From: Dickeya solani IPO 2222
GTDB taxonomy: Bacteria > Pseudomonadota > Gammaproteobacteria > Enterobacterales > Enterobacteriaceae
DNA: 32,000 nt
Assembly: GCF_001644705.1 (NCBI RefSeq)
Contig: NZ_CP015137.1
Coordinates: 1 to 32,000 of the forward strand
Direction: 5' to 3'
The notes under the pieces are model-generated. The model was not told the origin of the DNA. It was given only the letters and a program-made list of their open reading frames with translations, and searched no databases. Numbering within the stretch: position 1 is the first letter of the stretch; every line of letters begins with the position of its first letter. The translations under genes and the position numbers were made by a program. This document shows, in pieces, positions 1-6,990 of this stretch.

Positions 1-144
1 CGCCAGCCGGCTGGCTGAAATGCAACGGTCAGGCGTTCGACAAAAACGCCTTCCCTAAACTGGCGCTGGCGTACCCCGGCGGCGTCCTGCCGGATCTGCG
101 TGGTGAGTTTATTCGTGGCTGGGATGATGGGCGCGGGGTGGATG
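1..144. repeat. Left arm of a long inverted repeat (partner 4566..4709); probably continues upstream of the window
   Basis: Direct comparison: 1-115 is identical to the reverse complement of 4595-4709. There are 3 mismatches out to about 144, after which the sequences diverge. Confidence 0.9.
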
Positions 145-386
145 CGGGGCGTGCTCTGAGTTCCGTGCAAACGGATGAACTCCGGTCTCACAAACACCGT
201 TTCATTAATGAATATGGCACACCGACAGAACGGATCATTGCATTTAGCGATGAGAATAATGAAAAGATTGAGGTCACGCTCTCATCGGGAGCACGTGCGC
301 ATACATACATTTTTATGGAGAACACAGGGGGAGTTGAAACCCGTCCGCGCAATATCGCCTTTAGCTACATCGTGAGGGCTGCCTGA
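1..386 (+). CDS. Phage tail fibre protein, 3' end (5' part lies upstream of the window): tail-collar domain plus variable tip, cassette 1, apparently in the expressed orientation
   Basis: Frame 3 is open from the window edge to the TGA at 384-386. The translation PAGWLKCNGQAFDKNAFPKLALAYPGGVLPDLRGEFIRGWDDGRGVD is a phage tail-collar signature. It is followed by a unique tip of about 65 aa and the terminal TRPRNIAFSYIVRAA shared with the other two cassettes. Confidence 0.85.
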   Translation, partial: PAGWLKCNGQAFDKNAFPKLALAYPGGVLPDLRGEFIRGWDDGRGVDAGRALSSVQTDELRSHKHRFINEYGTPTERIIAFSDENNEKIEVTLSSGARAHTYIFMENTGGVETRPRNIAFSYIVRAA

Positions 387-468
387 GGACTGGAGAACTT
401 ATCTGTTTTATCGATGCCCGGCGCCGGCAGCCTCTTGGATGAGTCCGGAATAAACCGGTAAACCACCG

Positions 469-495
469 CGCGGTGAGGGGACTCACCGCGTTTTT
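469..495 (+). terminator. Rho-independent terminator after tip cassette 1
   Basis: 9-bp stem cgcggtgag / ctcaccgcg with loop ggga, followed by TTTTT (491-495). Confidence 0.8.
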
Positions 496-571
496 ACGCT
501 GTGGCCGACAAGGTGCTATTCCACCGTACTCCCGTTATAGTAGACAGGTGGTTTGGATAAGCGCGAGTGAC

Positions 572-1141
572 ATGATGAATCCTGATGAAAAAACGCTGTT
601 CCTGGATGCTATGGACGATGTCAAACCGCTAAAGCCGTCCGCTACCGTCGTTCATCTTAAACCCGTTTCGGCGAAAACCGTCCTTCCCCACATTGCGGAA
701 ACAGCGCCGGATAACTTTCTTATCACCGGCTTTCTCGATCTGTTTTCATGCGAGGTCCCGCTGGAGTTCAGGCGAGAAGGTATCCAGCAAGGCGTTGTGG
801 ATAAACTGCGGCAGGGAAAGTATCCGCTGGATGGCAGCCTCAACCTGCTGCGTCAGCCGGTTGAGACCTGTCGGCAGAATCTGTTGGCGTTCATGTTGCA
901 GGCACAGCAGGATAACTTGCGTAATCTACTGATTATTCATGGCAAAGGTCGTCATGAAAAATCACACGCCAATGTCATACGCAATTACCTGTTTCGCTGG
1001 CTGCAGCAGTTTGACGCCGTGCAAGCCTTTTGTACTGCGCAACCGTTTCATGGCGGTACCGGCGCCTGTTATGTGTCGCTTAAAAAATCCGACCAGGCCC
1101 GTCAGGATAACCGCGAGAGACACGCTAAACGCAGCCGTTGA
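572..1141 (+). CDS. smrA: Smr-domain DNA endonuclease SmrA (YdaL family)
   Basis: From MMNPDEKTLFLDAMDDVKPLK the protein is collinear with E. coli SmrA, including LIIHGKGRHEKSHANVIRNY and the C-terminal ERHAKRSR. The ORF-track start at 473 overlaps the upstream terminator and is rejected. Confidence 0.85.
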   Translation: MMNPDEKTLFLDAMDDVKPLKPSATVVHLKPVSAKTVLPHIAETAPDNFLITGFLDLFSCEVPLEFRREGIQQGVVDKLRQGKYPLDGSLNLLRQPVETCRQNLLAFMLQAQQDNLRNLLIIHGKGRHEKSHANVIRNYLFRWLQQFDAVQAFCTAQPFHGGTGACYVSLKKSDQARQDNRERHAKRSR

Positions 1142-1162
1142 TCTTTTGTTCAAGCCAAAGAA

Positions 1163-1184
1163 AACGCCCGGATAACCGGGCGTT
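1163..1184 (-). terminator. Hairpin between convergent smrA and the MFS gene; functions best on the minus strand
   Basis: Stem aacgcccgg / ccgggcgtt with loop ataa. On the minus strand it is followed by TTTTCTTTGG; on the plus strand the tail is poor. Confidence 0.6.
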
Positions 1185-1205
1185 GGTGTATGGGCGTCGG
1201 CATAT

Positions 1206-2552
1206 TTAGTAACTGAGTCCTGCAACGGCGGGCCGGCTATAGCCGAATTGTCCTTTGGCAAGAATCATCAGCGACGTCAACAGTGCAGGAATAGCCAGAA
1301 TAGTAAACATGGTGGTCAGCCCCCATCCCATATTAACCACCTGCGCGCCGGCGAACGCGCTCATGATGGCGCCCATTCGGCCAACGCCATGCATCCAGCC
1401 TGAGCCGGTGGCGCGAGCTTCTGTCGGATAGTAACGGGCGGAAAGCGCATTCATGCCGGTGTTGGCGCCGTTGAGGCAAAATCCGCTGCTGAACGCGACT
1501 ACCGCCAGCATCACGAAGTAGGCGTGGGTGAGGCCAATCATCGCGGTAGCTACGCCGCCGGCGGCGTAAATCATGCCAAGCGCCAGATGCGGGTTAACGC
1601 GGTCCATCAGCCAGCCGGCAAACAGCGAACCGAACGTGCCGCCGGCCTGATACAGGGCGGTAATAATAGTGGCCTCGGTCACGCTCATGCCGGCTTCCTT
1701 GATGACGGTCGGCAGCCAACTGCCCAACAGATACACCATAAACAAACCGAAGAAATAGCCACCCCACAACATGACGCTGCCAAAACGGTAAGAGCGGGAC
1801 AGCACCAGTTGAACGGCAAATGCAGGCGTTTTTTCTGCCACGGGCATAGCGAACTGACTGTCGGCCTGACTGATGCCGGGAGCGATTTTATCCACGATGT
1901 GATGAATCTGATGCGAATCCGCCCGCTTGCTGACCAGGAACCGCACCGACTCCGGCAGCTTCATCAGCAGGAACGGCACCAGCAGCAGTGGCAAAATGCC
2001 GCCCATCAGCAACACGGAATGCCAGCCCCACTGCGGAATCATCCAGGAGGCGGCAAATCCGCCGCTGGCGGCGCCGAAGCTGAAGCCGCAGAAGACCACG
2101 GTAATGATGAAGGAGCGTTTTTTCTCCGGCGCAAACTCCGATACCAGCGTACCGACGTTCGGCATCGCCGCCCCCAGGCCTAAGCCGGTCAGAAAGCGGA
2201 AAATCACCATGTGTTGTGAGGTTTGGGAGAACGCCGTCAATAAGGTCCACAAGCCGAACAAAAATACGCTGGCGATAATGATCGTTTTACGGCCTCGCCA
2301 ATCCGCCAGCGGCCCGGAAATCATCGCCCCGACGGCCAGCCCGATCAGCGCTGCGCTGATAACCACGGCCAGTTCTGCGTTGCCGATTCCCCAGGCTGCT
2401 TTCAACGATGGCGCGATAAAGCCCATGATGGCGATGTCCATGCCATCAAGCGCAATAATACAAAAGCAAAGAAAAACAATCAGTTTCTGGTAAGCGCCAA
2501 GAGGACGCTGATTAATCAGCTGGCGTACGTCAATCGCGGTGGAACCTGTCAC
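1206..2552 (-). CDS. MFS transporter, aromatic acid:H+ symporter type (PcaK/MhpT-like)
   Basis: A 12-TM-like hydrophobic pattern with MFS motifs (GPLADWRGRK, FLTGLGLGAAMPN). Start set at the GTG at 2552, which lies 6 nt after GGAGA; the longer ORF-track start has no RBS. Confidence 0.8.
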   Translation of the reverse strand: MTGSTAIDVRQLINQRPLGAYQKLIVFLCFCIIALDGMDIAIMGFIAPSLKAAWGIGNAELAVVISAALIGLAVGAMISGPLADWRGRKTIIIASVFLFGLWTLLTAFSQTSQHMVIFRFLTGLGLGAAMPNVGTLVSEFAPEKKRSFIITVVFCGFSFGAASGGFAASWMIPQWGWHSVLLMGGILPLLLVPFLLMKLPESVRFLVSKRADSHQIHHIVDKIAPGISQADSQFAMPVAEKTPAFAVQLVLSRSYRFGSVMLWGGYFFGLFMVYLLGSWLPTVIKEAGMSVTEATIITALYQAGGTFGSLFAGWLMDRVNPHLALGMIYAAGGVATAMIGLTHAYFVMLAVVAFSSGFCLNGANTGMNALSARYYPTEARATGSGWMHGVGRMGAIMSAFAGAQVVNMGWGLTTMFTILAIPALLTSLMILAKGQFGYSRPAVAGLSY

Positions 2553-2660
2553 GCTGTTTCTCCAACAATACCGCAAAAATGTTCACAATGGCTTACACTG
2601 TAAACAATTATTTCCGATAGGGAAATATAATGGCGGGAAAAAATTTTAAGGGCCGGAGAA

Positions 2661-2693
2661 ATAAAAGCGGCGCACCGTAAATGGATGCGCCGC
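2661..2693 (-). terminator. Rho-independent terminator after the phytase-like gene
   Basis: On the minus strand: gcggcgca ... tgcgccgc stem (8 bp, 11-nt loop) followed by TTTTAT. Confidence 0.7.
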
Positions 2694-2715
2694 CGAATAA
2701 TCAATGCAGAATGGG

Positions 2716-4071
2716 CTAGTAGAGCGGCTGGGGAAGGTGGATGATCCACAACTGGCTGGCGGCGTCATCGTTTGACAGCGGTTCCAGTTCCAGACGGGTA
2801 TCGACCGCTTTTCCATCCAGCAGCAGCGCGCCATCAGCGCCTACCTGATATTTCCCGATCTTCTTTACACCCTTGACAGGGTTGACCAGTACGGACTGTA
2901 CGCCAAAATCGTTGTCGTTGGTGACCGCCAGCGTACGGGCATCGATTAGCGCTAACCCTTCTGCCTTCTCAGGCCTCCAGCCCAACTGGCGCAAATCGAC
3001 CAGTTGCTGCTTTTTCGCCAGCACGACACCGCGTTTCGCCAGCGTTTTAGCATCATTCCACTCTGCCGGCTGTTTCGCATCCAACGCGCTCAGATCGCTG
3101 GCCTGGCTCAGGTCAACACGGTAAATCAGGTTACGCATCACCTTGTTTTTATCCGCTCCTTGCTCAATCACCAGCACTTCATGGTCGTTGAGCGCCACCA
3201 TGTCGCCAATTTTGGCGTCACCGTTTTTTTGCCACTGATCCGCATCCAGCGGATAGCCGTACATGGCAGTTTTGCCCGTTGCCGGATCAAAGCTGACCAG
3301 GCGAGTCAATAACGCCTTGTTTTTGGTTTTCCCCTCGATATCCAGCGTGCTTTGCACCGCAGCCAGAATGCGGCCGTCAGGCATGCGGGTGATGCCTTCA
3401 AAGCCCCGGTTAGGCTGGCGCCATTTAAGAATATTGGGTAAACCACTGGCTACGCCTTGTTCGCCGCTTAGTGGCGTCGGGCCGACTTTCTTCAGGATTT
3501 TTCCTTGCGCATCCACCTGAATCAGGAACGGACCGTATTCATCCGATAGCCAAAATCCCCCCTGACCATCCGGCGTAATACCTTCGGTATCCAGCCCACG
3601 GCGGTCATCCGTTAATTTTTGCAATCCATCGTTGAGCGCCACTTCATTGGTGGTGCCGACTAGCGAACCGGGTAACGGCAAGCCACTGATAGGGCCGGCT
3701 TCATCATGCAATTTGCGCAGCGCCGTAGCTTGCGCGCTTTTAGCATTAACGGTAATGGTCATGATGGAGGGGGTAAAATCAGGTGCGGCAAAGATTTTCG
3801 CGTCTTTGCCCTGATATTCCGGCGCATCGGCATTCGGGCCGCGATCGGTAACGGTAACAAACGTCAGCTTGTCGCCATCCCGCCCGATAAATGACAATCC
3901 GGAACCGACCCCCATGGGAAAACCGTTGGGAAAACGCGTCTGCCACTTACCGCGGTAACTGACCCGATCATTATCAGGAAAGGTAATCTGGTACTGCTCG
4001 GTTTGAATCTCTGCCGCCTGAACCACCTGGGCCAGCAGGAGCATAGGGAGAAATGATAAACGAAGACGCAT
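2716..4071 (-). CDS. Secreted phytase-like protein ('esterase-like activity of phytase' family)
   Basis: Signal peptide MRLRLSFLPMLLLAQVVQA/AE. Beta-propeller-like repeats with DTEGI, SDEYGP and NRGFEGI motifs recalled from the phytase-like family. Family assignment is from memory, not from a search. Confidence 0.55.
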   Translation of the reverse strand: MRLRLSFLPMLLLAQVVQAAEIQTEQYQITFPDNDRVSYRGKWQTRFPNGFPMGVGSGLSFIGRDGDKLTFVTVTDRGPNADAPEYQGKDAKIFAAPDFTPSIMTITVNAKSAQATALRKLHDEAGPISGLPLPGSLVGTTNEVALNDGLQKLTDDRRGLDTEGITPDGQGGFWLSDEYGPFLIQVDAQGKILKKVGPTPLSGEQGVASGLPNILKWRQPNRGFEGITRMPDGRILAAVQSTLDIEGKTKNKALLTRLVSFDPATGKTAMYGYPLDADQWQKNGDAKIGDMVALNDHEVLVIEQGADKNKVMRNLIYRVDLSQASDLSALDAKQPAEWNDAKTLAKRGVVLAKKQQLVDLRQLGWRPEKAEGLALIDARTLAVTNDNDFGVQSVLVNPVKGVKKIGKYQVGADGALLLDGKAVDTRLELEPLSNDDAASQLWIIHLPQPLY

Positions 4072-4163
4072 GGTCGAACCCCGTAAAAGAAATCAGCGAC
4101 ATCACACTAAAACTGTAATACGACGCGTTTATGACAGTACAGTACGGCAACGATACATATTGT

Positions 4164-4190
4164 AAAAACGCGGTAAGTCCCTTCACCGCG
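4164..4190 (-). terminator. Rho-independent terminator after tip cassette 2
   Basis: On the minus strand: cgcggtgaag-gga-cttaccgcg (one bulge) followed by TTTTT. It is homologous to the terminator at 469-495. Confidence 0.7.
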
Positions 4191-4278
4191 CTGTAGCTTA
4201 CCGGTTAGATTCCGGATTTATCCGACTATGAGGCCGTCGGCGCCGTGGCGATATCGTAAGGCTCGGTTTCACCCGATA

Positions 4279-4809
4279 TCAGGCGGCCCTCACGATGTAG
4301 CTAAAGGCGATATTGCGGGGGCGGGTAGCACCATACCCAAACTGCCAACCATTTGAATCCAAATCTTGTGCACCCGACGCCTCCACATTTATAGAGGAGC
4401 GTAGCATGCCATAATCGCCTTTATTAACAACATCAAACCCCATGGATTTGTATGTATTGGCACTATCGTTGTTTGCATGTATCAACGCTCCCACATTTAC
4501 TGAAGCTAAGTTAGGATCTGAAATAGTCAGAGTTCCTTTTTGCCAACTTAGCAATTCACGGGCAACATCCACCCCACGCCCATCATCCCATCCGCGAATA
4601 AACTCACCACGCAGATCCGGCAGGACGCCGCCGGGGTACGCCAGCGCCAGTTTAGGGAAGGCGTTTTTGTCGAACGCCTGACCGTTGCATTTCAGCCAGC
4701 CGGCTGGCGGCGTCGCCTGCGGCCAGGGCAGCGGTATGCCCGCCAGGTCGGTGGTTTTCAGCACGTCGCTTAAACCCAGGTTTGCGAGAAAACCAGAGGA
4801 TAAATACAA
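4279..4809 (-). CDS. Alternative tail-fibre C-terminal cassette 2 (tail-collar domain plus different tip); promoterless and silent in this orientation
   Basis: Encodes ...GIPLPWPQATPPAGWLKCNGQAFDKNAFPKLALAYPGGVLPDLRGEFIRGWDDGRGVD, then a unique tip of about 80 aa, then TRPRNIAFSYIVRAA. An in-frame TGA lies immediately upstream, and there is only a TTG 'start' with no RBS. Confidence 0.8.
   Translation of the reverse strand: MYLSSGFLANLGLSDVLKTTDLAGIPLPWPQATPPAGWLKCNGQAFDKNAFPKLALAYPGGVLPDLRGEFIRGWDDGRGVDVARELLSWQKGTLTISDPNLASVNVGALIHANNDSANTYKSMGFDVVNKGDYGMLRSSINVEASGAQDLDSNGWQFGYGATRPRNIAFSYIVRAA
4566..4709. repeat. Right arm of the long inverted repeat (partner 1..144)
   Basis: The reverse complement of 4595-4709 is identical to 1-115. 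Confidence 0.9.
4765..4790. other. Candidate 26-bp crossover site for a Din-family (hix/gix/cix-like) invertase
   Basis: The minus strand reads TTCTCGCAAACC-TG-GGTTTAAGCGAC. This has the 12-2-12 architecture with the AAACC-NN-GGTTT core of hix/gix/cix sites. It lies at the 5' edge of cassette 2 and 44 bp upstream of the invertase ATG. Confidence 0.65.
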
Positions 4810-4833
4810 TCAGCCTTTTCAGGAGGTTAGGTT

Positions 4834-5430
4834 ATGCTTATTGGCTATGCCCGGGTATCCACCAGCGATCAAAATACCGAATTGCAAAAAAACGCGCTGG
4901 TCGGCGCAAATTGTGAACTGATTTTTGAAGATCACGCCAGCGGCAAAAACGCCAGACGGCCGGGGTTGAAACGGGCCTTGCGCAAGCTCAAACGCGGCGA
5001 CACCCTGATCGTCTGGAAACTCGATCGGCTGGGCCGCAGCGTACGGGACCTGATTACCATGGTGTCGGACCTGCAAGCGCACGGCATTCACTTTCGCAGC
5101 CTGACCGATGCGATTGATACGACAACGCCAGCCGGCCGCTTCTTTTTCCACGTGATGAGTGCGCTGGCCGAAATGGAGCGAGAACTGATCGTCGAACGAA
5201 CCCGCGCCGGACTGGCGGCCGCCCGGGCGGCGGGTCGCATCGGCGGTCGTCGGCGCATCATGACGCCAGACGCCATCGAACACGCCAAAACGCTGCTGAC
5301 CAATGGTGCAACCCGCTGGCAAATCGCCAATATTATCGGCGTGTCGGAAAAAACCATTTATAAATATTTTCCCGTCACACAAAAAACAGTTGTTAGTGAA
5401 TTATTATCATATGGAAAATATGAAGGATGA
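4834..5430 (+). CDS. Site-specific DNA invertase, serine recombinase of the Hin/Gin/Cin/Pin family
   Basis: MLIGYARVSTSDQNTELQKNAL...GDTLIVWKLDRLGRS...FRSLTDAIDTTTPAGRFFFHVMSALAEMERELIVERTRAGLAAARAAGRIGGR is collinear with Gin/Hin. There is a C-terminal HTH and a strong RBS (AGGAGG) upstream. Confidence 0.92.
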   Translation: MLIGYARVSTSDQNTELQKNALVGANCELIFEDHASGKNARRPGLKRALRKLKRGDTLIVWKLDRLGRSVRDLITMVSDLQAHGIHFRSLTDAIDTTTPAGRFFFHVMSALAEMERELIVERTRAGLAAARAAGRIGGRRRIMTPDAIEHAKTLLTNGATRWQIANIIGVSEKTIYKYFPVTQKTVVSELLSYGKYEG

Positions 5431-5447
5431 TAATTAATATTAAAATA

Positions 5448-5469
5448 ATAAAGCCATCATCGGCTTTAT
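5448..5469 (+). terminator. Weak terminator-like hairpin after the invertase gene
   Basis: Stem ataaagcc / ggctttat with a 6-nt loop; the downstream T tract is poor. Confidence 0.4.
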
Positions 5470-5572
5470 CATTCTCCATACAACACAGTGGGAATGCGTA
5501 GCCAGTGTTTTCATCAAATAATAAATGGCGCGATATAACATGCGTTAATAAATTAACATTGAGAGAAAACAC

Positions 5573-6151
5573 ATGGAAAAAAATAATTCCCCCTGTTCAC
5601 TTGACCTGATTCTGGGCAAGGAGAACCTGTATAAAAATAGTCCAATTAATATCGGCAGCATTTCGCTTGGATGCTGCAAGTGCCAGGATACCCCTGCGAC
5701 TACCCCCACCACAACCGATGGGTTGAAAGATTTGGTCGGGATTCCGCAACCCTGGCCGTTGGCAGAAGCACCGGAAGGCTGGCTGAAATGTAATGGCCAG
5801 ACATTTGATACCGCAAAATATCCGCAACTGGCAAAACTATATCCTGCCGGCACCTTGCCGGACCTGCGCGGCGAATTTATTCGTGGTTGGGATGATGGGC
5901 GTGGGGTAGATGCCAAACGAGAAATTGGTTCCGCTCAATTGGGAACACATATCACTGGTGATAACGGCTTATATCCTGCTGTACATGGTATAGGGAAAAT
6001 AGCAGAATGTTATGTAGATAGTCCCGATGCTACTCCTCGTTCATTATATTGGATTGCCGCACCGAATAATGAACTCCAAACAGGACCAACATTTTGGGGT
6101 GCCACTCGCCCACGCAATATCGCCTTCAGTTATATCGTCAAGGCAGGCTAA
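5573..6151 (+). CDS. Tail-collar domain tail-fibre tip protein, cassette 3; has its own ATG and a fixed orientation
   Basis: GIPQPWPLAEAPEGWLKCNGQTFDTAKYPQLAKLYPAGTLPDLRGEFIRGWDDGRGVD, then a unique tip, then TRPRNIAFSYIVKAG. It is AT-rich, a stop codon lies at 5549-5551 just upstream, and it abuts the chaperone gene. Confidence 0.75.
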   Translation: MEKNNSPCSLDLILGKENLYKNSPINIGSISLGCCKCQDTPATTPTTTDGLKDLVGIPQPWPLAEAPEGWLKCNGQTFDTAKYPQLAKLYPAGTLPDLRGEFIRGWDDGRGVDAKREIGSAQLGTHITGDNGLYPAVHGIGKIAECYVDSPDATPRSLYWIAAPNNELQTGPTFWGATRPRNIAFSYIVKAG

Positions 6152-6153
6152 TC

Positions 6154-6765
6154 ATGACCACACAAAATGAAACCATGATTCAGCTGAATGAACAGGGGCT
6201 GAGTATCAGCAGTGGATATATTCAGGTCTACCATATTGAACCGCAAACGCGGGAATATATCGGCAGCACCCGGGAATATTTGATGGAAGGCGTGGGTATT
6301 CCGGCACACAGTTTCATCGATACGCCGCCGCCCCTTCAAGCCGGCCAGACTGTCGTACGCAGTCAGGACAGTTTAACCTGGGAAAGCATTGCTGATTATC
6401 GCGGGCAGACCGCCTACGAGAAACAAACACGGCAACCCAACCCAATCACCCAGCCCGGCGACCTGCCCGAAACCCTGACGCTGTTGCCGCCGGCCACCGA
6501 CTACGATGTCTGGCAAAACGACGGCTGGGTGACCGATGCCAAAGCGCAGCAGACCGCACAAGCCAGCGCGGCGCAACAGCAGATGGCTGGTTATCTCGCC
6601 CAGGCGGAAAAACGCCTTGCCGTGCTGCAGTACGCGGTGGAACTGGAGATGGCGACGGAACAGGAAACCCAGGCGCTGAAGAACTGGAAAACCTATATGG
6701 TGCAGTTAAGCCGGGTGGACGTGTCGTCTGCGCCCGCTATCGACTGGCCGACCATGCCCGCCTGA
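6154..6765 (+). CDS. G: Tail fibre assembly chaperone (P2 gpG / Tfa family)
   Basis: The C-terminal LQYAVELEMATEQETQALKNWKTYMVQLSRVDVSSAPAIDWPTMP is the characteristic Tfa motif. The ATG at 6154 lies just after the cassette 3 stop (TAATCATG). Confidence 0.88.
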   Translation: MTTQNETMIQLNEQGLSISSGYIQVYHIEPQTREYIGSTREYLMEGVGIPAHSFIDTPPPLQAGQTVVRSQDSLTWESIADYRGQTAYEKQTRQPNPITQPGDLPETLTLLPPATDYDVWQNDGWVTDAKAQQTAQASAAQQQMAGYLAQAEKRLAVLQYAVELEMATEQETQALKNWKTYMVQLSRVDVSSAPAIDWPTMPA

Positions 6766-6808
6766 TTCGCCTTTTCCCAGTGGCGTGAACTGATCCGCCC
6801 AACCCCCA

Positions 6809-6845
6809 CAGATGCCGTTGTCACTCCAACGGCATCTGTTTTTTA
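6809..6845 (+). terminator. Rho-independent terminator after the chaperone gene
   Basis: 12-bp stem cagatgccgttg / caacggcatctg with loop tcactc, followed by TTTTTTATTT. Confidence 0.85.
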
Positions 6846-6860
6846 TTTCAAATAACCAAT

Positions 6861-6965
6861 TGTTTTTAATCATTATAAAAACATTATTTGCGCCATCCTG
6901 TTGTGCCATCCCATACCCAACTCCATTCGGATGCCTTCTGTTTTCCGGCAAGGCACTATTACTCG
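6861..6965 (+). promoter_or_regulatory. Candidate late (Ogr-type) promoter region for the sheath operon
   Basis: Two dyads: TGTTTTTA-N7-TAAAAACA (6861-6883) and GTTG-N14-CAAC (6900-6921). A TATTAC -10-like hexamer lies at 6957-6962. Neither dyad matches the P2 TGT-N12-ACA spacing exactly. Confidence 0.25.
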
Positions 6966-6990
6966 CACCCCACAACAGGAGACATTCTTG

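Noticed and set aside
473-571. Upstream extension of the smrA ORF (MRGLTAFLRCGRQG...).
   Set aside because: It starts inside the terminator hairpin of the tail-fibre cassette. E. coli SmrA aligns only from the MMNPDEK methionines.
5596-5640. A possible second invertase crossover site at the start of cassette 3 (ttctgggcaaggagaacctgtataaaaa).
   Set aside because: Only an AACC-TG half-site-like fragment matches. The GGTTT half is absent, and the cassette is co-oriented with the shaft, so inversion could not fuse it.
1-6151. A diversity-generating retroelement acting on the tail-fibre tips.
   Set aside because: There is no reverse transcriptase gene and no template/variable repeat pair with adenine-specific differences. 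The variation is cassette-type and an invertase is present.
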